Positions 19,321-28,387 of a stretch of DNA of 64,000 nucleotides are shown piece after piece. How positions within the stretch are numbered: the first letter of the stretch is position 1; each line of letters starts with the position of its first letter. This stretch comes from Candidatus Beckwithbacteria bacterium CG10_big_fil_rev_8_21_14_0_10_34_10. Its GTDB lineage: Bacteria > Patescibacteriota > Microgenomatia > UBA1400. Under the pieces are notes generated by a model, which saw only the letters and a program-made list of their open reading frames with translations, did not search any database and had not been told where the DNA came from. The stretch spans positions 4,028 through 68,027 of the forward strand of contig PEZT01000010.1 of assembly GCA_002773945.1 (NCBI GenBank). Direction: 5' to 3'. Position numbers and translations under genes: made by a program.

Positions 19321-20487
19321 CTAAGCAATCCAAAACCCCCGAACAAAAAGAGCCGTATTAATAACCAGCAAAGTCCCGGAGACAACAAGAATAACTAATT
19401 TTAACCACTTGTTTTTAATCCCGTCTAAAATAAAATAAAGAGGAAAAATTAAACTTATGTATCTTGGCATAGACGATAAGTTACCTGTTAAAGTCGGTAG
19501 AAGGAAAGAACCAAAACTGTAAATTAAATATGGTTTTTTAATCTTTTTAATTACTCCCCAAATAAGCAGACCTAAAACTAACAAGGAAATAAAGAATTCT
19601 TGAGTAATAGTAAAAAACAAAGCCCCATTGCCCTTAATAGTAAACATCATTTTCAAGTACCGCCAAACAACTTGGTGAAAAAGAATTAATTTATCAGTCT
19701 GGCGGGAGGCGCCAAAGCCGCTTTGAACTTGAGCAAAAAAGAAAGGATCACTAAAGTGCTTGTTTAAATAAAAACAAAAAAGCATAAACCCGCTTATACT
19801 TAATAAGGTTAAAAATATAGACTTTAAGTATAAAATAATTTTACTTTTCTCCTTTTTTTCTCTTGATTGATAATATTCATATAAAATGGCTGGAGCGAGA
19901 AAAATTCCCACTAGCCTGGTAGCTGAGGCTAAAGAAGCGAATAAAACCGCCTTAAACCACTGCTTTTTATACAAACCCAAAAAACATAGAATTACAAAAA
20001 GAAAAAATAGTGATTCTGAATAAAGAGCCCCAAAATAAAAACTGGTTGGAAAAAGAAGTAAGGATAACAAAGTAAATTTACTCTCTTTTATCTTTTCTAA
20101 CTTAATTAACTGACGAAAATAATATAAAGCAAAAACAAAAACTAGGTTGCTAATAATTAAACCAGAATAAAGATAATTATCGAAAATTTTAGAAAACCAT
20201 CTTATTGTTAAAGGATATAAAGGGAAAAAAGCCTGAATTAAACCGGTTCCTACATAACCTTTTTCCGCAATAGTAATATAGTGAGGACCGTCAAAATTTG
20301 CCCACTGCCAAATAAACTGACTAGAAGAAAGATTTGATAGAATTGAATCCCAATAGGGAAAACTAGGCCTGAATGGCAGCCATCTTCCCGCTAAAAAGGC
20401 AACTACTAAAAGACCTATCCGCCAAACCAAAAACAACTTAACTGAAGGTAAAATATCTTTAACTAATTTTTTTACATCTTTCATCAA
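19321..20487 (-). CDS. PIG-V/GPI18-like mannosyltransferase family (GT76-like) membrane protein
   Basis: Loop motif NFDGPHYITIAEKGYVGTGLIQAFFPLYPL matches the conserved FDxxHYxxIAexGY...AFFP signature of the Mannosyl_trans2 family. About 9 helices. Confidence 0.6.
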   Translation of the reverse strand: MMKDVKKLVKDILPSVKLFLVWRIGLLVVAFLAGRWLPFRPSFPYWDSILSNLSSSQFIWQWANFDGPHYITIAEKGYVGTGLIQAFFPLYPLTIRWFSKIFDNYLYSGLIISNLVFVFALYYFRQLIKLEKIKESKFTLLSLLLFPTSFYFGALYSESLFFLFVILCFLGLYKKQWFKAVLFASLASATRLVGIFLAPAILYEYYQSREKKEKSKIILYLKSIFLTLLSISGFMLFCFYLNKHFSDPFFFAQVQSGFGASRQTDKLILFHQVVWRYLKMMFTIKGNGALFFTITQEFFISLLVLGLLIWGVIKKIKKPYLIYSFGSFLLPTLTGNLSSMPRYISLIFPLYFILDGIKNKWLKLVILVVSGTLLVINTALFVRGFWIA

Positions 20488-20495
20488 TTTTTTAA

Positions 20496-22244
20496 TTACT
20501 TTTTCTTTCTAGAAATTGACCAGCCCTTAACTGGTATTTTAGAAAACAATTTTATTATCCCTAAAACTAAAACTAGACTCATAACAGTTATTAAGTTTCC
20601 TATTATTCTCGCTGGAGTTCTCTCGGTAAACTTAACTACTATTTTATGTTTACCGGCTGGCACTCTTACACCTATTAAGCCCTGATTATCTGGCCTATCA
20701 TATTTTATTTCTGCTCTTTTCCCATCAATAAATACTTGCCAACCAGGAAAATAGGCAGTATGTTCCCAAATATTAGTTGCTTTGGGAACATCAACTTCAT
20801 AAATATGGCTATTAGTTTTCCAAAGCAACTCTTTAAAAACAACCAGGCCAGAATCACTGGTTAATCTTGATTTAAACTCAGAGATATTGTGTTCTGAAAA
20901 CCAACGAGGCGTATGCTCATGTTGAGTTGAAGTAGTAAAAAGAAAATCATAATAATACATATCTTGTTTTTTCTCCCATAAAAATGGTTTAGTAAACGGC
21001 TGGCAATAAACAAGAGAAACAAAAGCTAAAATAATTCCTATCCCTTTATACTTCTCGCTGACCACTACCGCTAAAACAGCCACTCCCAACATTACTACCC
21101 CTAAAAACCGCCAAGGAAACTGCAAATAGCCCAAAAGGGGGATTAACCTCCAAATAAATAAAGAAAAAGGAAGCATTAAGAAAACTCCACTTAAAAAAAC
21201 AGCTAAACCTCCTAATAAAAAAGCCAGATTTAATTTCTTGTCTTTCTTTTTTTTACCAAAAAAACGACTTAATCCCCATTTAATTAAAATCAATAACGCT
21301 AATAAAAATATTACTAAGTGAACCGGTCCTATTTGAAAAGACATTGTATCCCCATCTCCAAGAACAGAAAAACCATACTGCCATTTAGAATAAATTAATT
21401 GCTTTAAATAAACAAAGTGGTCAGGGAAAAAACTTTGCTGGTCAAAAGCCTCCAGCTTGATTGAATTTTGTTCAAAATAAGCTGGAATCCAAAAAAAGGA
21501 AGTTAATAAAAATCCCAATATTAAACCAATCAAACCTAAGTTTACAAATTTTAATTTTTCCTTCTGACCCTCCTTTTTATAAACATAAAAATAATAAAGA
21601 AAAATTAAAGGAGTAAAAAGCATTACCATAATATTGTGCGACAAAGAAAAAAGGGCAGTCACTACAACTAATCCTAAAAACCTTAACCTGGATTTTTTCT
21701 CAAATAAAAGATCAAGAAAATATAAAACCCCTGGAAACAAAGCAAAGGTTAAATTTTCCCCCACTATTCCCCTCACATAAATATCTAAAAACTGATAAGG
21801 AGCACTAAGATAGAAAATAGACCCCAGAAAGGCAGCTAAAGAAGAAAAATGCCTTTTTAACCAAAGATAGAAAAACAGACCAGAAAAAAGATAACTGGAA
21901 AAAATTATAATTTTTAGACTGTTCTCTACTCCGAATCCAACCACAATCAGAGGATAAGCTAATATGTTTGGCAGGGGATAAAGATAATTAAAAACCGGGT
22001 AGCCAAATTTGTGATTAAGATTTTTGGCCCATCGAGGCGGAATATGACTATCTTTAATAGATAAATAATAATTAGCAATCCTGGCTAAATGGTTTTCCAA
22101 ATCATGCCCCCTAAATATTCCCGGTTTAAAAAAAGCTCTAAGATTAAAAAAACAAATAACTAAAATTAGAACAATAAATAAATGCTTGATTTTAAATTTA
22201 AAGTTAATTTTAGATAAATTTAAATTAGTTAATAATTTTTTCAT
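20496..22244 (-). CDS. YfhO/PTPS-related-like GT-C-type membrane protein, paralog A
   Basis: N-terminal FRGHDLENHLARI...PPRWAKNLNHKFGYP motif and a C-terminal soluble domain with YFPGWQVFIDGKRAEIKY...VPAGKHKIVVKF, resembling the YfhO C-terminus. Confidence 0.55.
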   Translation of the reverse strand: MKKLLTNLNLSKINFKFKIKHLFIVLILVICFFNLRAFFKPGIFRGHDLENHLARIANYYLSIKDSHIPPRWAKNLNHKFGYPVFNYLYPLPNILAYPLIVVGFGVENSLKIIIFSSYLFSGLFFYLWLKRHFSSLAAFLGSIFYLSAPYQFLDIYVRGIVGENLTFALFPGVLYFLDLLFEKKSRLRFLGLVVVTALFSLSHNIMVMLFTPLIFLYYFYVYKKEGQKEKLKFVNLGLIGLILGFLLTSFFWIPAYFEQNSIKLEAFDQQSFFPDHFVYLKQLIYSKWQYGFSVLGDGDTMSFQIGPVHLVIFLLALLILIKWGLSRFFGKKKKDKKLNLAFLLGGLAVFLSGVFLMLPFSLFIWRLIPLLGYLQFPWRFLGVVMLGVAVLAVVVSEKYKGIGIILAFVSLVYCQPFTKPFLWEKKQDMYYYDFLFTTSTQHEHTPRWFSEHNISEFKSRLTSDSGLVVFKELLWKTNSHIYEVDVPKATNIWEHTAYFPGWQVFIDGKRAEIKYDRPDNQGLIGVRVPAGKHKIVVKFTERTPARIIGNLITVMSLVLVLGIIKLFSKIPVKGWSISRKKK

Positions 22245-23271
22245 AAATTCTCCTCGTTTCTTGGGCAGTTTTCTGCCAGGAAAATTGCTTGGACTGTTTT
22301 AAGCCTTTTTTGCTTAAACCTATTAATTTACTTTTATTATTCCATAAATCAATAATTTTTTTCTCCAATTCTCCTTTATTTTGAGGATTAAAATACTCAA
22401 CCGCTTGACCACCCACTTCAGGCAAACTGGCTTTATTAGAAGATAAAACCGGACAACCGGATTGCATTGCTTCTAAAACCGGCAAACCAAAACCTTCATA
22501 AAAAGAGGGCTGAATATACAATCTTGCCAGATTATATATTTTTACCAAATCATCTATGACTACAAATCCTAAAAGCTTAACTCTCTCTTTTAATTTAAGG
22601 TCTTTTATTAATCTTTTTATTTCTTTTAGCTCTGCTAAACTCTCATTCTCAAAAGCGCTGCCTGCTAAAACTAAATTAATATCATTAAACCTATTTTTAA
22701 CTTCTCCTAAAGCTCTAACTAATAAGCTGACATTTTTATTCCAATTCAAATCACCCACATAAAAAATAAAATTATCAGGCAGGCTATATTTCTTCCTTAT
22801 TTTTTCAAGTTTCTCCTTCTCCTTAAGTTGCCTGAATTCCTCTGAAGCAGCCAAATAAATAGAAAAAATTTTGTCCTTGGGAAAACCAATAATGTCTTCA
22901 ATATCTTTTTTTGAGTTTTCAGAGTCAGTCATGATTGCTGAAACTGATTTAACAATCCTTTTTTGGATTAACCATTTTAATTTTCCTCTTAATCCTGAAG
23001 GATAATTTTTAGAAAATTTTAAAGGAATAAGGTCGTGAATTGTCACCACTACTGGTTTCTTCCTAGGCCATGGCAAAGTGAAGAAAAAAGGGTCAAAATA
23101 TGGAAGATGAATTAAGTCAAAAGAAAATTCATCATTTTTATCTTTTTTTAAAAAATATTGATTATTTCCCTTTAATTCTTTTAAGGCTTTAAAAAGGTTT
23201 AAAGCATAAAACCCCACTCCTCTTTTTAGAGCCCCTGGATGAAGTCTTGAAATATCAAGTAGAACATTCAT
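22225..23271 (-). CDS. GT4 family glycosyltransferase
   Basis: Motif EGFGLPVLEAMQSGCPVLSSNKASLPEVGG. Confidence 0.8.
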   Translation of the reverse strand: MNVLLDISRLHPGALKRGVGFYALNLFKALKELKGNNQYFLKKDKNDEFSFDLIHLPYFDPFFFTLPWPRKKPVVVTIHDLIPLKFSKNYPSGLRGKLKWLIQKRIVKSVSAIMTDSENSKKDIEDIIGFPKDKIFSIYLAASEEFRQLKEKEKLEKIRKKYSLPDNFIFYVGDLNWNKNVSLLVRALGEVKNRFNDINLVLAGSAFENESLAELKEIKRLIKDLKLKERVKLLGFVVIDDLVKIYNLARLYIQPSFYEGFGLPVLEAMQSGCPVLSSNKASLPEVGGQAVEYFNPQNKGELEKKIIDLWNNKSKLIGLSKKGLKQSKQFSWQKTAQETRRIYEKIIN

Positions 23272-24824
23272 TATTTTGAACTATACCTCTCCGTAATTAT
23301 AATTCCAAACTCCCTTTGTTCCAAAAGCAGTTTATCCTTAACTAAAGACAAATACCACCCTTCAAATCTTTCTTTAAAACTGTCTGGCTCGTAAATTACA
23401 AAAAATTCATCAGAATTTTGGTTAAATTTCACTTCAGGTAAACCTAATTTCTTAGTTTTTAGATTAAAAAGGTATTCATAGGCTGTTGGTTGATTATTCG
23501 GCGGTCTAACCCAAATCTCCTCGCCGGGATTTAAGGCACCTAAAACATAATCCACTGTCTGATTTAATTGAAAAAGAGAATAGCCCCATTCCGAAGGCTT
23601 CAGAAAAACTATTTGCCTCCCTAAATTGGCCGAGAAAAATATTCCTAAAAAAAAGGCAGCAAATATCTGGCTGTTTTTACTGCCTTGAAAAAACTTTGCC
23701 AATAAATAACTAATCATTAAGAAAAATGGCAAAAACAAAGAAACTAAGTAGTAGTCAAAAAACAAACCATAGTTCCCTTTATAAAAAAGGTAAGAAATAC
23801 CTGGTATAAAAAGCCAAAGAAATACAAGCAACAATCCCTTTTTCTCTTCTTTCCTTTTTTGCATCATAAAGATTGATCCCAACACAACAATAACCAAAAA
23901 AACCAAATCAAAAAATAAAATAGTTTGAGACTTGGCAAATCTAAGCTTAACTCCCAAACTGTCAACCAACCATCGAAAGATAAAGGCCGGTCTTGTTTTC
24001 CAAACCGCTTCTAGACTAGTTTTGTTAGCATCATTGACAAAATTATTTATAACTGCCCTAGAGATTAAATGCTCATGACGAAAGTCAAATACTATTTGAG
24101 GAAAAAAGGTAATTAAAAATAAAACCGCTGTTAGAATTATTTGTTTAATGGTTATCTTTTTAAAAACAAAAATAAAACTGTAAATCGCCACCACTAAGGC
24201 AATAAAAAAAGCATTAGCTAATTCCGTTTGCAAACTTAAACCTACCAACAGACCCACCAAAGGAAAGTATTTAGTTTCACCTTTAAAACTTTTAAATAAA
24301 AATAAAAATATAAGCAAACTCATTGGGATTAAAGGCGTAATGTTAGAAAGCTGACGAGAAAAATTAATGGCATAACTTGAAAAACAAAGTAAAAAAGCGG
24401 CTATTTTCCCTGCTTTTTCGTTAAAAAGCTCTTTTCCTAAAAGATAAATAAACCAAATGCTTAAACTGGAAAAAAAAGCCAGAAATAAAGCGGGAATAGC
24501 TGGATTCCCTCTCCCTAAAAAATAAAAAGGTAAAATTAAGTAATAAAAAAATGGGCCTAGAAAAACCCCTTGAATACCGGTAGTTGGTCCAATTAAAAAG
24601 GGCTTACCATATTCGATTAATCCTTGAATAACTAAAGCATCTCTTCCTTGATCGTAAGCAAAATGTAAATTATTACCCAAATTCCAGCCTCTTAGAAAAA
24701 ATCCTACAAACACTAAGACAAAAATATAAAGAGGTGTTTTAAACCACGACTGGTTAATCTTTTTTAAGCAGAAAAAAAACTTTTGGCTTATTTTCTCAAA
24801 TATATTTTTGTCCATTTTATCCAT
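23271..24824 (-). CDS. polytopic membrane protein with C-terminal extracytoplasmic domain; paralog of 48394-50013
   Basis: Shared loop motif FAYDQGRDALVIQGLIEYGKPFLIGPTTG, compared with WFDQARDAVIVQELLHGDLKLQGPSASG in 48394-50013. About 12 helices. Confidence 0.55.
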   Translation of the reverse strand: MDKMDKNIFEKISQKFFFCLKKINQSWFKTPLYIFVLVFVGFFLRGWNLGNNLHFAYDQGRDALVIQGLIEYGKPFLIGPTTGIQGVFLGPFFYYLILPFYFLGRGNPAIPALFLAFFSSLSIWFIYLLGKELFNEKAGKIAAFLLCFSSYAINFSRQLSNITPLIPMSLLIFLFLFKSFKGETKYFPLVGLLVGLSLQTELANAFFIALVVAIYSFIFVFKKITIKQIILTAVLFLITFFPQIVFDFRHEHLISRAVINNFVNDANKTSLEAVWKTRPAFIFRWLVDSLGVKLRFAKSQTILFFDLVFLVIVVLGSIFMMQKRKEEKKGLLLVFLWLFIPGISYLFYKGNYGLFFDYYLVSLFLPFFLMISYLLAKFFQGSKNSQIFAAFFLGIFFSANLGRQIVFLKPSEWGYSLFQLNQTVDYVLGALNPGEEIWVRPPNNQPTAYEYLFNLKTKKLGLPEVKFNQNSDEFFVIYEPDSFKERFEGWYLSLVKDKLLLEQREFGIIITERYSSK

Positions 24825-24833
24825 CCTGATAAA

Positions 24834-26060
24834 TTATAAACTAAAAGCGATTCTTTTTCCCAGCCCAACCGCATAATTAACTGCTCTGTCCCAGGGATAA
24901 ATTTGGCTAGTATTGGCTAAATAAAAGTTTTTTATTGGTGTTTTAAAACTGGGAATATCCTTATAGCTGTCAACTTTAAATATTGGCTGAGTAAAAGGCT
25001 CTTTAATAATCTGATAATTTTTAATCCATGAAGAATTAAAATCCTTATTAATCCTTTTTAAATAAGACACCCACTTTTTGAATATTTCCTCATCTTTTTG
25101 TTTAAATAGTTTTGACTTTCTTGAAGTATAACTGACTAAATAAAGAGGATGAAGATTTTTATAATACTTTTTACTAACTAAATTAGTATGCTGAACACAC
25201 CCCACAAAAGGAATATTATTGTCATTAATATTCATCCAATAAGCCCAATTGCTTAAGGGTTTTTTTAGGGTCAACAAAACCAAAACCGTCCCAAAATATT
25301 CAATTTTTTCTAATTTATTTTTGTACTTTTCTGGTAAATCAGAAGCCAATTTAAGAAAAGCTGGATTAGCACCAGTAAAAATAGTTTTATCAAAAGACCC
25401 TAGTTCTTTCAGGGTCTTTACCTCTTCATTTAGAATAATCTTCCCTTTATTCCTTTTTATTTCTGAAACTAGCTTATTAATAATTATTTGGAAGCCTCCT
25501 TTTGGGTAGCCTAAAAATCTGGAACGGCGGTTAACTCTGGCCCACATCCAAGTCATGGAAATAAAAGAATAAAAATTTCCAAATTTTTTAATCATCAAGG
25601 GGCGCCAAATAACTTTCCAGCTTTCTTGACCCATATATTTTTTCAGCCAGAAAGCAGCTTTTTTACCTTCGAAAAAACGGTAATCTTTATTTAGCAAAAG
25701 ATACAAAGAAGTTAAACCCGTCCTTATTCGGTTTATAAAAGAAAGGGGAGAAAATTTAAGCAAATCTACTGGAGAAGAAAAAGGATGCATTTTTCCTTGA
25801 TAGAAAATAGGGGCCCCACAATCCTTCCATAACCAAATATTATTTAACCCTAAATCATCAGTTAACTGCTGGATATGTTTATCGTCTTTAAAAATATGAT
25901 GATAAAACCTTTCTAAATACCAATCACCAGCCCTAAATCCTGAAGCCAAACCACCAGCAAATTTATCTTTTTCAAAAATGTAAACCTTATGGCCCTTTTT
26001 ACTTAGATAATAAGCGGCTGTTAAACCAGTAATACCAGCTCCAACAATGGCTATTTTCAT
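24834..26060 (-). CDS. FAD/NAD(P)-binding oxidoreductase (amine-oxidase/phytoene-desaturase-like Rossmann fold)
   Basis: N-terminal dinucleotide-binding motif KIAIVGAGITGLTAAYYL...IFEKDKFAGGLASGF. Confidence 0.65.
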   Translation of the reverse strand: MKIAIVGAGITGLTAAYYLSKKGHKVYIFEKDKFAGGLASGFRAGDWYLERFYHHIFKDDKHIQQLTDDLGLNNIWLWKDCGAPIFYQGKMHPFSSPVDLLKFSPLSFINRIRTGLTSLYLLLNKDYRFFEGKKAAFWLKKYMGQESWKVIWRPLMIKKFGNFYSFISMTWMWARVNRRSRFLGYPKGGFQIIINKLVSEIKRNKGKIILNEEVKTLKELGSFDKTIFTGANPAFLKLASDLPEKYKNKLEKIEYFGTVLVLLTLKKPLSNWAYWMNINDNNIPFVGCVQHTNLVSKKYYKNLHPLYLVSYTSRKSKLFKQKDEEIFKKWVSYLKRINKDFNSSWIKNYQIIKEPFTQPIFKVDSYKDIPSFKTPIKNFYLANTSQIYPWDRAVNYAVGLGKRIAFSL

Positions 26061-26065
26061 TTTGA

Positions 26066-26845
26066 TTATTTAGTTTTCTTTCTGTCTAAATTCAAGTATT
26101 TAAAAAAAGCGAGGGGAAAGTGTAAGCTAGAAAAAAGGGCAAATAGAAAACCATAAATTCCATCAACAAAACCCTTGTGTCTAATAAAAAGAGAAAAAAA
26201 TGTAAAAATTGGTTTTACCAATAAATAGTCTCCGGCTTTAAGTAATTTATTGTCCCTCTTTTCAAGTAATTTTAAAGCAGTTTCCAAAGTGTAAATATTA
26301 GCTTTTTTTAAGTAAGAAGCTAGGTTTGGAGAAGCTAAATGAATTAAGGGATTTTTTAAATAATCTACTTCTCCTTCAACTCTAATCTGTTCATGAACCG
26401 TTTTACAGGGAAAGCTGGCTTTTCCTTTTTTAACCAAGCGAATAACATAATCAGGATATTGACCTCCCTTTTTCAACCACCTTCCAAAAAAATAGTTTTT
26501 TCTAGGAATATAATAGCCGTTAATATTCTCAATTCCCCCACTAATCTTTGTTTTTATTTCTTTTCCTAGTTCCTGACTCACTCTTTCATCAGCATCCAAC
26601 TGTAATATCCAAGAACCTGAAGCTTTTTCTAAAGCCATTTGTTTATTTTTATGAAACATTAACTTGTTAGAAGTTTTTATTATTCTCGCTCCTAGGTTCC
26701 TGGCAATTTCCCTGGTTTTGTCAGTTGAAGAACCATCAATAATTACTATTTCATTGGCCAGATCTTCAATTGAACTAAGACAATCCTTAATATTTTTTTC
26801 TTCATTGTGGGTAGCTAAAACAACTGAAAGTTTATTTTTTCTCAT
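26066..26845 (-). CDS. GT2 family glycosyltransferase (DADE-type)
   Basis: LSVVLATHNEEKNI, IIDGSSTDKT and QLDADERVS motifs. Paralog of 28387-29193. Confidence 0.75.
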   Translation of the reverse strand: MRKNKLSVVLATHNEEKNIKDCLSSIEDLANEIVIIDGSSTDKTREIARNLGARIIKTSNKLMFHKNKQMALEKASGSWILQLDADERVSQELGKEIKTKISGGIENINGYYIPRKNYFFGRWLKKGGQYPDYVIRLVKKGKASFPCKTVHEQIRVEGEVDYLKNPLIHLASPNLASYLKKANIYTLETALKLLEKRDNKLLKAGDYLLVKPIFTFFSLFIRHKGFVDGIYGFLFALFSSLHFPLAFFKYLNLDRKKTK

Positions 26846-26855
26846 CTTTTATTAA

Positions 26856-27539
26856 TCACCAATTAAAAAACCTATATTTTAGCAAGAAAAAAATGGCTTT
26901 AATTCCATCCAGCCAGGTTATTTTTTTTCCTTCATCATATTCTCTCCCAGAGTAAGAAATGGGAACTTCATAAATTCGCTTCTTTTTTCTAAGTATTTTA
27001 GCCGTTACCTCTGGTTCAAAACCAAAACAATTTTCTTTTAAATCTAGGGACAATAATAGTTTTCTAGGGATTACTTTATAGCCTACTTCCATATCAGAAA
27101 GCGTGGTGTTAAAAAGAACATTAGTACTAAAAGAAAGGAATTTATTTCCCAACATGTGCCAAAAAAACATATTTCTTCTTTCCCCCAAAAAACGAGAACC
27201 ATAAACCACCTCAGTTTTTTCTTCTAAAATCGGCTTTAAAAGCTTTTTATAATCTCTAGGATCATATTCTAAATCTGCATCCTGAATTAAGATATAATCA
27301 CCGGTAGCCGTTTTTATTCCCTGACGAATAGCATAACCTTTGCCTTGATTTTTCTCATAATCAACCAGTTTTATGCCTGGCATTTTCTTTAAAATATTTT
27401 TAGTTTTATCAGTTGATCCATCATTAACTATAATAATCTCTTTTTCTACTTCATTAATTTTTTCTTTTTTAACTCGCTTAATAATTTCTTCAATAGTATT
27501 TTCCTCATTAAAACTAGGAATAATAATGGAAAGCTTCAT
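26856..27539 (-). CDS. GT2 polyprenyl-phosphate sugar synthase (Dpm1-like)
   Basis: Start refined to [13 protein letters not shown], giving an ATGA overlap with the upstream stop. Motifs [10 protein letters not shown] and QDADLEYDP. Confidence 0.7.
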   Translation of the reverse strand: MKLSIIIPSFNEENTIEEIIKRVKKEKINEVEKEIIIVNDGSTDKTKNILKKMPGIKLVDYEKNQGKGYAIRQGIKTATGDYILIQDADLEYDPRDYKKLLKPILEEKTEVVYGSRFLGERRNMFFWHMLGNKFLSFSTNVLFNTTLSDMEVGYKVIPRKLLLSLDLKENCFGFEPEVTAKILRKKKRIYEVPISYSGREYDEGKKITWLDGIKAIFFLLKYRFFNW

Positions 27540-28387
27540 TTTAAATAATCTCCTTTTATTTCTGGCTTTTCCGCTACACAACAAATACAAGCAGAGTAAA
27601 ACCACCTCATCTTAAAAACATTATACAATAATTTTAGTCTTTGTCCTGGTCTGGTTAAAACAAAGTCTGCCTGGGAGTTTTTTCTAAATTGAGGAAAGTC
27701 TAACCATAAACCAATACTTTTTTGGGGATGTGAATCATCTTTATAAAAACATTCCCTGATATCAAAACCAGCCCTTCTAATAAAACCAATCAATTCTCTT
27801 CTGGAATAATGATGTTCATAAAAATTCATCTTTGTCATTTTCCTTTTTTCCTTTAATCCCAAGCCCTCAAATAATATTCTTAAGGGAGTTTTTAAAACAA
27901 CCTTCAGCTGATAAAGTGTTTGCAAAATAATTCTCTGCCAATTATTATAGGGAACTTCAATAATTGCTGTTCCTCTATCCTTTAACACCCTATATGCTTC
28001 CTTTAATACTGTTTCTGGCCCTTTTTCAAAATGCTCAATCACCCCCAAGGAAATGTAAGCATCAAAGCTATTATTTTTAAAAGGTAGTTTTTTAACATCA
28101 GCTAAATTAATCTTTATTAATGGAAAAAGCTTTTTCAACTTTAGGATTGCATATTTATTATTATCAACCCCAGTTATATTAAACCCTTTTTTGGTGAAAT
28201 AAATTACCCATTTACCTAAACCACAGCCGGCCTCTACTATTCGCTGTTTTTTTTGAAGATATTTTTCAAAGATGGGCAGCAAACCATCACTCTTACATAA
28301 TTCCAACTCCTTCTTATAGTTAGATTTCTGCCAATAACTTTTCCAGAGATTATTCTTAGAAACTGGAACAAAAACCTTGTAAGCCAT
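27536..28387 (-). CDS. class I SAM-dependent methyltransferase
   Basis: Motif [12 protein letters not shown] and motif [13 protein letters not shown]. Confidence 0.8.
   Translation of the reverse strand: MAYKVFVPVSKNNLWKSYWQKSNYKKELELCKSDGLLPIFEKYLQKKQRIVEAGCGLGKWVIYFTKKGFNITGVDNNKYAILKLKKLFPLIKINLADVKKLPFKNNSFDAYISLGVIEHFEKGPETVLKEAYRVLKDRGTAIIEVPYNNWQRIILQTLYQLKVVLKTPLRILFEGLGLKEKRKMTKMNFYEHHYSRRELIGFIRRAGFDIRECFYKDDSHPQKSIGLWLDFPQFRKNSQADFVLTRPGQRLKLLYNVFKMRWFYSACICCVAEKPEIKGDYLK

Noticed and set aside
26856-27605. Track-defined N-terminus [22 protein letters not shown] of the GT2 at 26856-27605
   Set aside because: The extension overlaps the upstream methyltransferase by 70 nt and precedes the canonical GT2 start [13 protein letters not shown]. 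The ATG at 27539 gives a 4-nt coupled overlap instead.
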